Positions 20,949 to 29,707 of a stretch of DNA of 46,405 nt are shown here, in pieces. The stretch covers positions 1 to 46,405 of the forward strand of contig WJJX01000108.1 in the NCBI GenBank assembly GCA_014729445.1, given 5' to 3'. Numbering within the stretch: position 1 is the first letter of the stretch; every line of letters begins with the position of its first letter. Position numbers and translations under genes: made by a program. Below the pieces are notes generated by a model. It ran no database searches, had not been told where the DNA came from, and worked only from the letters and a program-made list of their open reading frames with translations. Source of the DNA: Candidatus Moraniibacteriota bacterium. Lineage in GTDB: Bacteria > Patescibacteriota > Minisyncoccia > CAIUEV01 > JAHKAQ01.

Positions 20949-21728
20949 CTAAAATTCCAGGCTTTCTAAAACAGCCTTAAATTCGGCTTGACATTTATCA
21001 AATTCCGGACCGTAACAAATTTGTGAAATCTCAAAAATTCGTTCATCCTCCAAAACTCCGGCTAAAACTTCAAAAAAAATCTCCTCGCCTTCTTTGTTAA
21101 CAAAACTGTCCACTTTAATTCCGGTCAACTTGATTTGAGAACTTTCCAAAATTAAAGTTTTATCGGTATAATTGCCCCGGCCAAAATAATTCTTGAATTC
21201 ATTAATCAGCTTCTGAACCGATTCTTCGGGTTTTTCTGTCAGTGAATCTTCAACTCCGATGACGATTTCGTTCCTTGGGTCACCTTCCTGAAAAAGAGTA
21301 TACTGTCTTAAATAATCAACCCTTACTTTATCTTCTCTGGCCTTCCAGTCCTCGGCGTAAGTCAGGCTCATCCCTTTAGGGAGATGAAGAATATTTCTAG
21401 TTTGAACCTCATCTCTCTCACTATCTTCCCCAGAAATAGGCTTTGAAGTTTCACTATCCTTCAATCCCATTCCCGAAAAAAAACTCTTAACCTTATCGCC
21501 GCCTCTTTTTAATATCTTTTCTATCTGAGGCCAATCTCTCTTAACAAACCCTCTGCCTATCCCCTTGTAATAATAAAGATAAACCGAAACCGTAAAAACC
21601 AAAGCCAGAAGAAAGAAAAAAAACATTAATTTATCGTATCGATCCAGCCTTCTTTTCCTTTTTTCTCTTCTAACCGCCTGATTAATCAAATATTTGTTTA
21701 CATCTTTATCGGAATTTAAATTTTCCAT
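20949..21728 (-). CDS. Membrane-anchored hypothetical protein, possible PsbP/DcrB-like domain
   Basis: One TM helix; MSLTYAEDW start and FKAVLESLEF end resemble the PsbP-like fold. Confidence 0.55.
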   Translation of the reverse strand: MENLNSDKDVNKYLINQAVRREKRKRRLDRYDKLMFFFFLLALVFTVSVYLYYYKGIGRGFVKRDWPQIEKILKRGGDKVKSFFSGMGLKDSETSKPISGEDSERDEVQTRNILHLPKGMSLTYAEDWKAREDKVRVDYLRQYTLFQEGDPRNEIVIGVEDSLTEKPEESVQKLINEFKNYFGRGNYTDKTLILESSQIKLTGIKVDSFVNKEGEEIFFEVLAGVLEDERIFEISQICYGPEFDKCQAEFKAVLESLEF

Positions 21729-21730
21729 AA

Positions 21731-22168
21731 CTATTCATTAAGTCTATTAATAATATGATCCTTATACCTCTCCGTATTAACGCCGTTTCGCTTCTGCAAT
21801 TTCTTAAAAATATTTTCGACATAAGTCAAAGTATTTGTCTCTTTCGGACTTCCGACGTTTTTTTTAAACTCCGGCTTCCTATTCTCTAAATTCAAAGCCC
21901 TTTTACGCCTTTCGGCCTCTTCAAGCCTTTCTTTTTCAATCTGCCGTCGCTGTTCTTCAAAAGCCTGTTTTTTTTCTTCAAAATCGCTTTGATTTCCGTA
22001 TCTCTTGTTTTCATAAAAACCATTGGCATCCGGCTTGTTTAAAAACCTCAAAGATCGCTCTCTTGATTCCCCAAAAGCGAAGGAAAAAGCCAAAAATATC
22101 CCAAAAACAAACGAAAAAATAGAAAACATTAAAATCAATAAAGGTGCGACCAGCCTGTTTTTAAACAT
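21731..22168 (-). CDS. Hypothetical exported or membrane-anchored coiled-coil protein
   Basis: N-terminal hydrophobic segment, E/R/K-rich helix; 2 nt from the next gene. Confidence 0.65.
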   Translation of the reverse strand: MFKNRLVAPLLILMFSIFSFVFGIFLAFSFAFGESRERSLRFLNKPDANGFYENKRYGNQSDFEEKKQAFEEQRRQIEKERLEEAERRKRALNLENRKPEFKKNVGSPKETNTLTYVENIFKKLQKRNGVNTERYKDHIINRLNE

Positions 22169-22263
22169 AGACTCAAATTAAAATCAAAAATAGCAATTAT
22201 TTAAGGTTCATAATTGTATATCAAAATAGAAAAATATAGTCAAAAAAGCTTATCCTCAAAAAT

Positions 22264-23550
22264 TTATCTGCCAATCCCTTTATACAAAACCCCCGCCTCG
22301 ATAATCTCATCCTTGCCAAGACAGTTTTTTCCGTCGATAACGACTTTAATCCCGTTCTTTTTCAAATTTTCACCCGTAAGTTCTTTTTTAAACTGATTAT
22401 GATCGGTCGCCACGATCAAAGCTTCGGATCGCGCGAGGACCTCCTCCAGCGATTTAACCCCTGATTTGCTTAAGACATAAGGATCAAAAGCGACGACGTC
22501 GGCTTCCAGTTTATTAAGTTCTTGAAGAATTTCAAAACTGGGGCTCTCTCTTGTATCATCAATACCGGCTTTATAAGAAATGCCAAGCAAGCCTATTTTG
22601 GTTCGTTTAACCGGCATTTCCACTTTATTCAACTCATTCTGAAGCAGTTCAACAGCATAATTGGGCATACTGTTATTGATTTTTCTGGCCAGTTTAAGAA
22701 AATCATGACTAAATCCGACAGTTTCGGCTTTTTGAATCAGATAATAAGGATCAACCGGAATACAATGACCGCCGACCCCGCAGCTTGGCCAATGCGCCAT
22801 AAAAGAAAATTTGCTGCTGGCTCCCTTGATTACATCAACCACATCAATCCCCAGCTGATCAAAAGACTTGGCAATCTCGTTAATAAAAGCGATATTAATA
22901 TCCCTAAAAGCATTTTCGATTGTTTTGGTCGCTTCGGCTTCTCTTATTGATTTCATTGGATTAATTTTCGCATCTATTACCCTTTCGTAAAACTCAACCG
23001 CCTTTTTAAGTCCCTTTTCCGTCATCGCCCCAACATTTCTGGGCAAATTGGAAACATTCCAGTGCGAATCACCCGGATTGATTCTTTCCGGCGCATGAGC
23101 TAAATAGAAATCTTCGCCCAATTTCAACCCCTGCCCCTCCAGCAAAGGCAACACTACCTCCTCGCAGACTCCCGGATTAATGGTTGACTCCACAACCACC
23201 AACTGGCCTTTTTTATTATTATCTGAAATCGTTGCGACCGCGCTTCTCAAAGGTCCAAAATCGGGCCTGTAATTATTGTCTACCGGTGTGGGCACACAAA
23301 CAATCACGATTTCGGAATCCTTGATTACCGTCTCATCCGTAGTGGCCTTTAATTTTTTCTCCTCTACCAGTGTGGGCAGCATCTCTTCGACCAAAACGTC
23401 TTTAAAAGGGGCTTCCCCGTGATTAACTTTAGCAACGGCCTTTTTATTTATGTCAAAACCGTAAACAAAATAACCCTTGTTGGCGGCCACACAAGCCAGT
23501 GGAAGTCCAACATAACCGATTCCCACAATAGTAACTTTTTCTTTTTTCAT
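22264..23550 (-). CDS. Nucleotide-sugar (UDP-GlcNAc/ManNAc-type) 6-dehydrogenase
   Basis: GIGYVG Rossmann motif, CVPTP, PERINPG, GVGGHCIPVDP catalytic Cys, DTRESP. Confidence 0.93.
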   Translation of the reverse strand: MKKEKVTIVGIGYVGLPLACVAANKGYFVYGFDINKKAVAKVNHGEAPFKDVLVEEMLPTLVEEKKLKATTDETVIKDSEIVIVCVPTPVDNNYRPDFGPLRSAVATISDNNKKGQLVVVESTINPGVCEEVVLPLLEGQGLKLGEDFYLAHAPERINPGDSHWNVSNLPRNVGAMTEKGLKKAVEFYERVIDAKINPMKSIREAEATKTIENAFRDINIAFINEIAKSFDQLGIDVVDVIKGASSKFSFMAHWPSCGVGGHCIPVDPYYLIQKAETVGFSHDFLKLARKINNSMPNYAVELLQNELNKVEMPVKRTKIGLLGISYKAGIDDTRESPSFEILQELNKLEADVVAFDPYVLSKSGVKSLEEVLARSEALIVATDHNQFKKELTGENLKKNGIKVVIDGKNCLGKDEIIEAGVLYKGIGR

Positions 23551-23594
23551 ATTTTATTCTTAAATCAATTAAATAAAATTTATATCAAATAAAC

Positions 23595-25502
23595 CTAATT
23601 TTTTGATTCCTCCCGGAGCAGGGCAAGAGGATAGTTCACTTCCCAAATTTTAGCATCAACCTTGATTTTTTCAATTCCCGGCCGTTCAAATGGCTTTTTT
23701 GAAGGCTTAACAATACTATATTCTAGACTGTAGTGGCCTTTTTTCTCTTTAATTATATTTTTATATAAATCCTTCTCCTCCTCCAGGGCCAGTAGATAAA
23801 GCTTGTCAAATTTATTTTTGTCAAGCTTATTTAAATCATCGGGATTAAAAAAGTAAACCGCCGGCTTCCCATAGATAACCCTCAAAGGCTCACTCACTAA
23901 AGACCACCCGCTCCCTGAGGCCTTCTGACTCACCAGCAGCAAATCATCCTCTCCAATTTTTCCAACCACCCCATCTTTTGAAAGATCCTCTAATTGAGAC
24001 AACAAATCCTTGTTCTGAGTGAAATTCCAAAAAGGAATAATCAAATACAAATTATAAAAAATCAAAAACCCGATTAACAAAATTCCCAAAAAACCGGATC
24101 GCAAATAAGCCCCCTCCACCGCGTCGCGCACGCTCGACTTGACCCGTCGTAAAAAACCCAAATTACAATCCAAGACCCCGTAGAAAATACAAACCGGTAT
24201 AATCGCAAAAACAAACCTGCGAAGCATCCATGGATGATCCGAACTGATATTGGGATCAATAAGATAATAAAAAATCAAACAAAAAAGAACCAAGGGAATC
24301 CAGAAAAGCTTTTTCCTGGTTTTTAAATTTCTTAAATATTCCAAAAAATTATCTTTGTTTTGATTGTTTTTATAATCCCTTATCAGAGCAAAAAAACCTC
24401 CAGCCAAAACCAAAAAGGCAAAAATAATCAAAGGCAGAATCCCATAATTAAGCAGCACCTTTGGCAGATAAAAATCCCGCCAATCATCCGGAATAAAAGA
24501 AAACCCTTCTTCAAAAAGGCCGGCATCGTCGCTTTGCTCCGTGTTATTCGGCACTTCAATAACGCCCTTAAAAGTATCAAAATAAAAATTAAAATTAACT
24601 GACAATGAAATAAAACCCGCAAGCATCAAAACAGCAAACATTAACCCGGATTTTTTCTTTCTAAAATTAGAGGCGTCAAAAATCAAAAAGATTAAGAACA
24701 AAGAAAAAATTATTAAAACCGCCTCAATTCTAACAAAAGGTGTAATAACTAAGGAATAGATCAACAAAGCATAATTAGTAAAATTCCTATTTTTAAAATA
24801 CTTAAAAATCAGATAAACACTGAACCAGACAAAGGCGGCGAAAAATATTTCTGTTAAGGTGAGTTTATAAAAAACAAAAATCGGGAAGGCTGTAATTAAG
24901 GCCAAAACTCCAATCAAAGCAGGCAGCAGTCTTGCGGAAATTTCTCTAATCACCAAATAAAAACTGAAAACAAACCCGATAAACGGAATCAGATTCACAA
25001 ATTTTAACCCAAACAAACCCAAAAAAGAAAATATTATACCAATCCAAACCGGATAACCCGGCAAAAACTGGGTTCTAATCGACGCACTATCGTGATAATA
25101 AAATCCCGGAAAATTCAAAGCTTTCCCTTGCTGATAGATCGCTCCAAATTGTCTTGTCAGTTCATCTTCATGCACCAATCCATGATCTTTGCTAAGCAAA
25201 ATGCCGGCAATAGCCAAAGATCCTTCATCTCTACCGCCAAAAACCGTCGGTTCAGAATAAACAGCCAGAAATATCCCTGTCACGCAAATCAAACCCAAAA
25301 CAAATTTATCCGCCCTTTTAATTTTTTCTATAATTAAAAACTTCCTTTTCAAAAGAATCCCAAAAATAAAAAGCTGCAGCAGGAAAAAAGCAAGCAACAA
25401 AGTTTTATAAAAAACTCCTAAAATGGCAATCAACAAAGCAAATAGCAACAATTCCATCCACCAAAAAAACAGAATCTCAAATAAATTTAATCTAATCTTC
25501 AT
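23595..25502 (-). CDS. Polytopic membrane protein, putative GT-C glycosyltransferase
   Basis: More than 10 TM segments, GRDEG acidic loop motif, TLTE, RIE, C-terminal soluble domain; upstream of the sugar dehydrogenase. Confidence 0.6.
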   Translation of the reverse strand: MKIRLNLFEILFFWWMELLLFALLIAILGVFYKTLLLAFFLLQLFIFGILLKRKFLIIEKIKRADKFVLGLICVTGIFLAVYSEPTVFGGRDEGSLAIAGILLSKDHGLVHEDELTRQFGAIYQQGKALNFPGFYYHDSASIRTQFLPGYPVWIGIIFSFLGLFGLKFVNLIPFIGFVFSFYLVIREISARLLPALIGVLALITAFPIFVFYKLTLTEIFFAAFVWFSVYLIFKYFKNRNFTNYALLIYSLVITPFVRIEAVLIIFSLFLIFLIFDASNFRKKKSGLMFAVLMLAGFISLSVNFNFYFDTFKGVIEVPNNTEQSDDAGLFEEGFSFIPDDWRDFYLPKVLLNYGILPLIIFAFLVLAGGFFALIRDYKNNQNKDNFLEYLRNLKTRKKLFWIPLVLFCLIFYYLIDPNISSDHPWMLRRFVFAIIPVCIFYGVLDCNLGFLRRVKSSVRDAVEGAYLRSGFLGILLIGFLIFYNLYLIIPFWNFTQNKDLLSQLEDLSKDGVVGKIGEDDLLLVSQKASGSGWSLVSEPLRVIYGKPAVYFFNPDDLNKLDKNKFDKLYLLALEEEKDLYKNIIKEKKGHYSLEYSIVKPSKKPFERPGIEKIKVDAKIWEVNYPLALLREESKN

Positions 25503-25626
25503 CTAATCTTTATTTTATACTAAAATTTCCCTAGCAAATAATAAAAAATTTCTTTCAGGGATCCTTCTGTGAAAGCCTGCTAGGGCAGCGAAGCGTGGCC
25601 AAAAAAATTGGGATGGGTTTTTAGTT

Positions 25627-26931
25627 TCACAATTTAGGATAAATCGGAAATTCCCGACACAAAGCTCTAACCTCCTCTTCAATCCGCTTAATTTTCTGCT
25701 CGTTCTCATAATTCTCCAAAGCGTCACAAATCGCTTTGCCTAAAATTTTCATTTCCCCTTCCTTCATTCCCCGAATAGTCGCGCAAGGCGTTCCAAGTCT
25801 AATTCCGCTTGGCGAAAAAGCCGGCCTTTTATCGCCTGGAATAGTGTTTTTATTTACCGAAATCCCGATTTTGTCTAACGTCTCCTCTGCTATTTTACCG
25901 TCCAAATCTTTACTTGTGACATCCATCAAAACCAAATGATTATCCGTTCCGCCGGAAACCAGCTTAAACCCTCGCTCTAGAAAAATACTCGCCAGCGCCG
26001 CCGCATTTTTAACCACCTGATTGGCCCACCTAAGAAACTCTTCTGTGGACGCTTCCCTCAAAGCAACCGCAATTCCTGCAATTGTGTGCTCATGCGGACC
26101 GCCCTGAAGCCCCGGAAAAATCGCCCGATCAATCAAAGTCGGCAAATTTCGTTCGCTTATCTTATCAGGCTTTTTTAAAGGATTGGAAGGATCACCATTG
26201 CACATAATAATACCGGCCCTTGGACCTCTAAGGGTTTTATGAGTGGTGGAAGTTATCACATGGGCATGTCCGACCGGAGAAACATGCTCGCCCGCAATCA
26301 CAAGACCGATAATGTGAGCAATATCGGCAACAAAAAAAGCATCGTACTTTCTTGCCAATTTCCCGAAAGTTTCAAAATCATATTCTCTCGGATAAGCGGT
26401 GGCCCCGGCAAAAATCAATTTTGGACGATGTTTCTTCAATAACTGTTCAACCTGATCAAAATCGATTCTTTCGTCTTTCCCGACTCCGTAACTGATCGAA
26501 TTAAAATAACGCCCCGAAAAATTAACTTTATGTCCATGGGTTAAGTGACCACCGTTACTCAAATCCATCCCCATAATCCTATCCCCCGGTTCACATAAGG
26601 CAAAATAAGCCGCCTGATTAGCCGGACTTCCCGAATATGGCTGAACATTCACATGATCGACGCCAAAAAGTGCTTTTGCTCGATCAATTGCCAACTGTTC
26701 AATCTGATCTGTATACTCCTGACCGCCATAATATCTTTTCTTTGGAAAACCTTCGGAATATTTATTATTAAAAATCGAGCCCATGGCTTCTAAAACCGCT
26801 CTTGAAGCATAACTTTCCGAAGGAATCATCTCCAAACCGTTTTTTTGTCGCTCCAATTCTTTTTCGATTAAATCATAAACTTCTTTATCCTCTTTTCTCA
26901 AATTTTGATAAACTATTTTCCTTTGCCGCAT
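25627..26931 (-). CDS. glyA: Serine hydroxymethyltransferase
   Basis: NKYSEGFP.KRYYGG, GGHLTHG, STTHKTLRGPR (PLP Lys), FPGLQGGP, SGIRLGT. Confidence 0.98.
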   Translation of the reverse strand: MRQRKIVYQNLRKEDKEVYDLIEKELERQKNGLEMIPSESYASRAVLEAMGSIFNNKYSEGFPKKRYYGGQEYTDQIEQLAIDRAKALFGVDHVNVQPYSGSPANQAAYFALCEPGDRIMGMDLSNGGHLTHGHKVNFSGRYFNSISYGVGKDERIDFDQVEQLLKKHRPKLIFAGATAYPREYDFETFGKLARKYDAFFVADIAHIIGLVIAGEHVSPVGHAHVITSTTHKTLRGPRAGIIMCNGDPSNPLKKPDKISERNLPTLIDRAIFPGLQGGPHEHTIAGIAVALREASTEEFLRWANQVVKNAAALASIFLERGFKLVSGGTDNHLVLMDVTSKDLDGKIAEETLDKIGISVNKNTIPGDKRPAFSPSGIRLGTPCATIRGMKEGEMKILGKAICDALENYENEQKIKRIEEEVRALCREFPIYPKL

Positions 26932-26950
26932 AATAAATAAATTTTACTAA

Positions 26951-27547
26951 TTAAAAAAACCGCTTTTTGATTATCTCCCAAATTTCATTTTTAACTTCAT
27001 CTATTGCTTGATTAGCATTAATAATGTACCAATCATATTTAAGCGCCAATTGCTTATGCGTCTCTTGAGCTCTTTTTAAAAGCTCGTTATCCCTGTCTAA
27101 TTTACTATGCTCCTGAGGCGATCGTTCAAACATTTCTCCGTCAAAAAAGACTGCCAAATCTTCATTACGGCTCGATTGATATAAATGCTCCATAATTTCC
27201 GGCTCCACTCCCATAGCGATTCCCCAAGCAGCCGCTGATCCAAAATAACTTTCGCAGACAATAAAAATTCCCTGATCCAGCTTCTTTTCCAGTTCAATGG
27301 TTTTTTGATTCTGATTAATAAAATTCAACAATTGAAACTCTCGATTGGATAAATTATACTTATCCTGATCCCTTAAAAAATTCATAATCAGACTTCCGGT
27401 CGGCTCCAGGCCGTAAACCGGAAATTTAATCGACTCCGCTTGATAACCTTTATCGCTTAATTTTTTGACCAGCAACTCGGCCTGAGTGGAACGACCCAAA
27501 TTATTAATCCCATAAAAAGCGATCAATTTTCCTTTTTTGTTTTGCAT
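26951..27547 (-). CDS. Thymidylate-kinase-like protein with atypical P-loop
   Basis: KGKLIAFYGINNLGRSTQ, KFP.Y..EPTG; ESY where the DRY motif is expected. Confidence 0.75.
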   Translation of the reverse strand: MQNKKGKLIAFYGINNLGRSTQAELLVKKLSDKGYQAESIKFPVYGLEPTGSLIMNFLRDQDKYNLSNREFQLLNFINQNQKTIELEKKLDQGIFIVCESYFGSAAAWGIAMGVEPEIMEHLYQSSRNEDLAVFFDGEMFERSPQEHSKLDRDNELLKRAQETHKQLALKYDWYIINANQAIDEVKNEIWEIIKKRFF

Positions 27548-27633
27548 TTTATTTTATTATTGATAATTAATTCGCAAGGCTTCCATTAAAGCAGCAGGAC
27601 CCGCGAACCTTACAGAAGCTATTTATCACGTTT

Positions 27634-28242
27634 CTAGGCACTGCGAGCTACGCTGACATTCTCAAACTGGCTATTAAAATCCTTATAATACGCCTTGTAA
27701 TTTTCCTCTCTGGTCCATTTTTTAATATAACCCTCGGGCAAAGGCAAAGCCGGAAATCTGTCTAATTTATCCCAGTCATCGCCTTTATACATCGGATAAT
27801 TATAATAGGGATATTGTTTGGGAATACCTCGAATAAAAGCCACTTGCGGAATTTTCCAGCAGGTTCTGGCGTAATAAGCCCGATGCATTCCGTCGCAAAT
27901 TAAATTTGCCACCTTGCCATTGGCTTCAATACTCTCTTCCACAATTACCGGCAAAAAATCTCTGGGCTCCTTTTCGTCTTTAAGCCAAAATCTAACAAAA
28001 CCGTTTAAATTAAAAATATCGACTTTATATTTTCTCATTTCCCAATCCAAATTGGCGATATCCATCAAATTCTGCTCGATAATATACTTTTGCGGGCAAT
28101 ATAACTCTGTAGTATCCAGGTTCTCCAAAGTAACCACCGCATCTTTATAAGGCTGAATCTTAGACGCTTTTAACATTCTGACCGCCTTAAGCCGCTTTAT
28201 TAATTCCTTTTCACCAAATCTTTTAATTTTAATTATTTTCAT
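27634..28242 (-). CDS. Hypothetical protein with ParB/sulfiredoxin-like motif (start moved to ATG 28242)
   Basis: LYCPQ...LPVIV...LICDGMHR pattern; the longer ORF start overlaps the HAD gene and ATG 28242 has an A-rich leader. Confidence 0.65.
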   Translation of the reverse strand: MKIIKIKRFGEKELIKRLKAVRMLKASKIQPYKDAVVTLENLDTTELYCPQKYIIEQNLMDIANLDWEMRKYKVDIFNLNGFVRFWLKDEKEPRDFLPVIVEESIEANGKVANLICDGMHRAYYARTCWKIPQVAFIRGIPKQYPYYNYPMYKGDDWDKLDRFPALPLPEGYIKKWTREENYKAYYKDFNSQFENVSVARSA

Positions 28243-28303
28243 ATTTTTAGAATAAACATTAATTGCCTTATCAAGTTCCTCTAAAGCGACGCGATAAAAA
28301 AAA

Positions 28304-28948
28304 TCATAAATATTTCTCCAAATCATAAATTGTCGAAATATTCAAATCAGCGTGCTTTGATTTGTTCCAAACAATCACTGTCTGCATTCCCACTCTTTTA
28401 GCGGGAATAATATCCGCTTTTTCCTTATCTCCCACGTAAACATGTTCAATCGGCTTTCCTTTGGTCAATTTCAACATGGCATTATAAGCTCGGCCTTTGG
28501 TTTTACTCATTTTCCGATCTCCGCCAAAAATTCTAAATTCAAAATCGCTTTCAGGATCGAAGCCGATTTTTTTCAATTTCCGATAACTGCTTTCTTTGGC
28601 TGAAGTGGTAATCAAAAAAATGGTGTATTTCTCTTTTAAATAACGAACCATATTCACCAATTCTAAATCCGGCCTCAAAAACTTGTAAACTTCCACTTTG
28701 TTGGAAATATTGGCCGAAAATTGCTCGGCCTTGTCTATTCCTAAAAATCTAAAAGTATCGCTGCCGCTTCCAAAAATCTTATAATTTTTTTCAAAACGCT
28801 CTTCAGCTTCTTCGTAGCTAAGCTTTAACTCTTTACTCAAATCCTTATAAATAGTGTCTCGATAACATTTTTGAATTTCCTCGGTATCCTTATACAAAGT
28901 CTGATCCAAATCGAAACCCACAAATTTTATTTTTTCCTTTCTAAGCAT
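28304..28948 (-). CDS. HAD-superfamily hydrolase (probable nucleotidase/phosphatase)
   Basis: FDLDQT motif I, LITTS motif II, K, YVGD....D motif IV. Confidence 0.9.
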   Translation of the reverse strand: MLRKEKIKFVGFDLDQTLYKDTEEIQKCYRDTIYKDLSKELKLSYEEAEERFEKNYKIFGSGSDTFRFLGIDKAEQFSANISNKVEVYKFLRPDLELVNMVRYLKEKYTIFLITTSAKESSYRKLKKIGFDPESDFEFRIFGGDRKMSKTKGRAYNAMLKLTKGKPIEHVYVGDKEKADIIPAKRVGMQTVIVWNKSKHADLNISTIYDLEKYL

Positions 28949-28957
28949 AGATTTTTT

Positions 28958-29494
28958 TTAAACCTGAGCCTCCAAATCATCCGCCGAAACGCGACCGCCT
29001 TTCCACTGGCCTCTACTCAAGCTGCTTTTGCCTTTAATTTCACTAAAAACAATAAAAGCGACTCTGGCTCCCAACTCAAATTTAAATTTCGCCGGCCCGA
29101 CATTTTTTAAGCCAAAAGTTAATTTGCCGTAATAACCGGGCGAGACCTTGCCGCTCATTAACATAACTCCGCTTCTAAAAAGCGTGCTTCTGGCAAAAAT
29201 CCGGGCAAAAGTTTGTTTGTCAATATTCACTTCTTCAATCGTTCTAATCAAGACAAAATCATCCGGATTCAAAATATAAAAACGGTCGCCTTCTTTTCTG
29301 GAAGCCGCAAGTTCGCTCATCGGCGTTTTCCTTTCTTCCAGGCCCAAAAAACCGCCCCCGGCAATCTGATAGACTTCATCCACTCTAAGATCAAAACCCG
29401 GCCCCTCCGGTTTTTCAAGTTCCCGTTCGCTTAAATTTTTAACCAATTCCTTTTCTTTAACTTTTTTCAAAATTTCATCGCCGCCTAAAATCAT
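28958..29494 (-). CDS. dUTPase/dCTP-deaminase-fold protein
   Basis: GFDLR, RSTLFRSG, SPGYYG, GARVA, RGQW motifs of the trimeric dUTPase/Dcd family. Confidence 0.85.
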   Translation of the reverse strand: MILGGDEILKKVKEKELVKNLSERELEKPEGPGFDLRVDEVYQIAGGGFLGLEERKTPMSELAASRKEGDRFYILNPDDFVLIRTIEEVNIDKQTFARIFARSTLFRSGVMLMSGKVSPGYYGKLTFGLKNVGPAKFKFELGARVAFIVFSEIKGKSSLSRGQWKGGRVSADDLEAQV

Positions 29495-29707
29495 TTTTGT
29501 TTAATTTATTTGTTTAAAAAAAGCCAAAACAGAAATCCACGCGCCGTATTAATTTTAATTATTTTTTGGCTCCTTAAAGAACAATCTTGAGCCTAAAGCA
29601 AACTCTCCCATTTTAGGATAAATTAATTTTTCAGGTTTCTTTCCTTTCTCTTTAAATTAGCAAATTAATTAAATTTTTCAAATTTTTTAACAAAAAAAAC
29701 CTAGAAA

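Noticed and set aside
22214..22396. 60-aa plus-strand ORF
   Set aside because: Antisense to the dehydrogenase 3' end; no support.
25515..25727. 70-aa ORF spanning the glyA end
   Set aside because: Overlaps glyA out of frame and reads through the repeat-like spacer.
27571..27619. Resemblance to twister or HDV ribozymes (UAAUGGAAGC, GGGUCCU, pseudoknot)
   Set aside because: Element order does not fit twister permutations, and there is no room for HDV P1.1/P4.
28243..28326. N-terminal extension of the ParB-like ORF
   Set aside because: Non-ATG start overlapping the HAD gene; ATG 28242 fits better.
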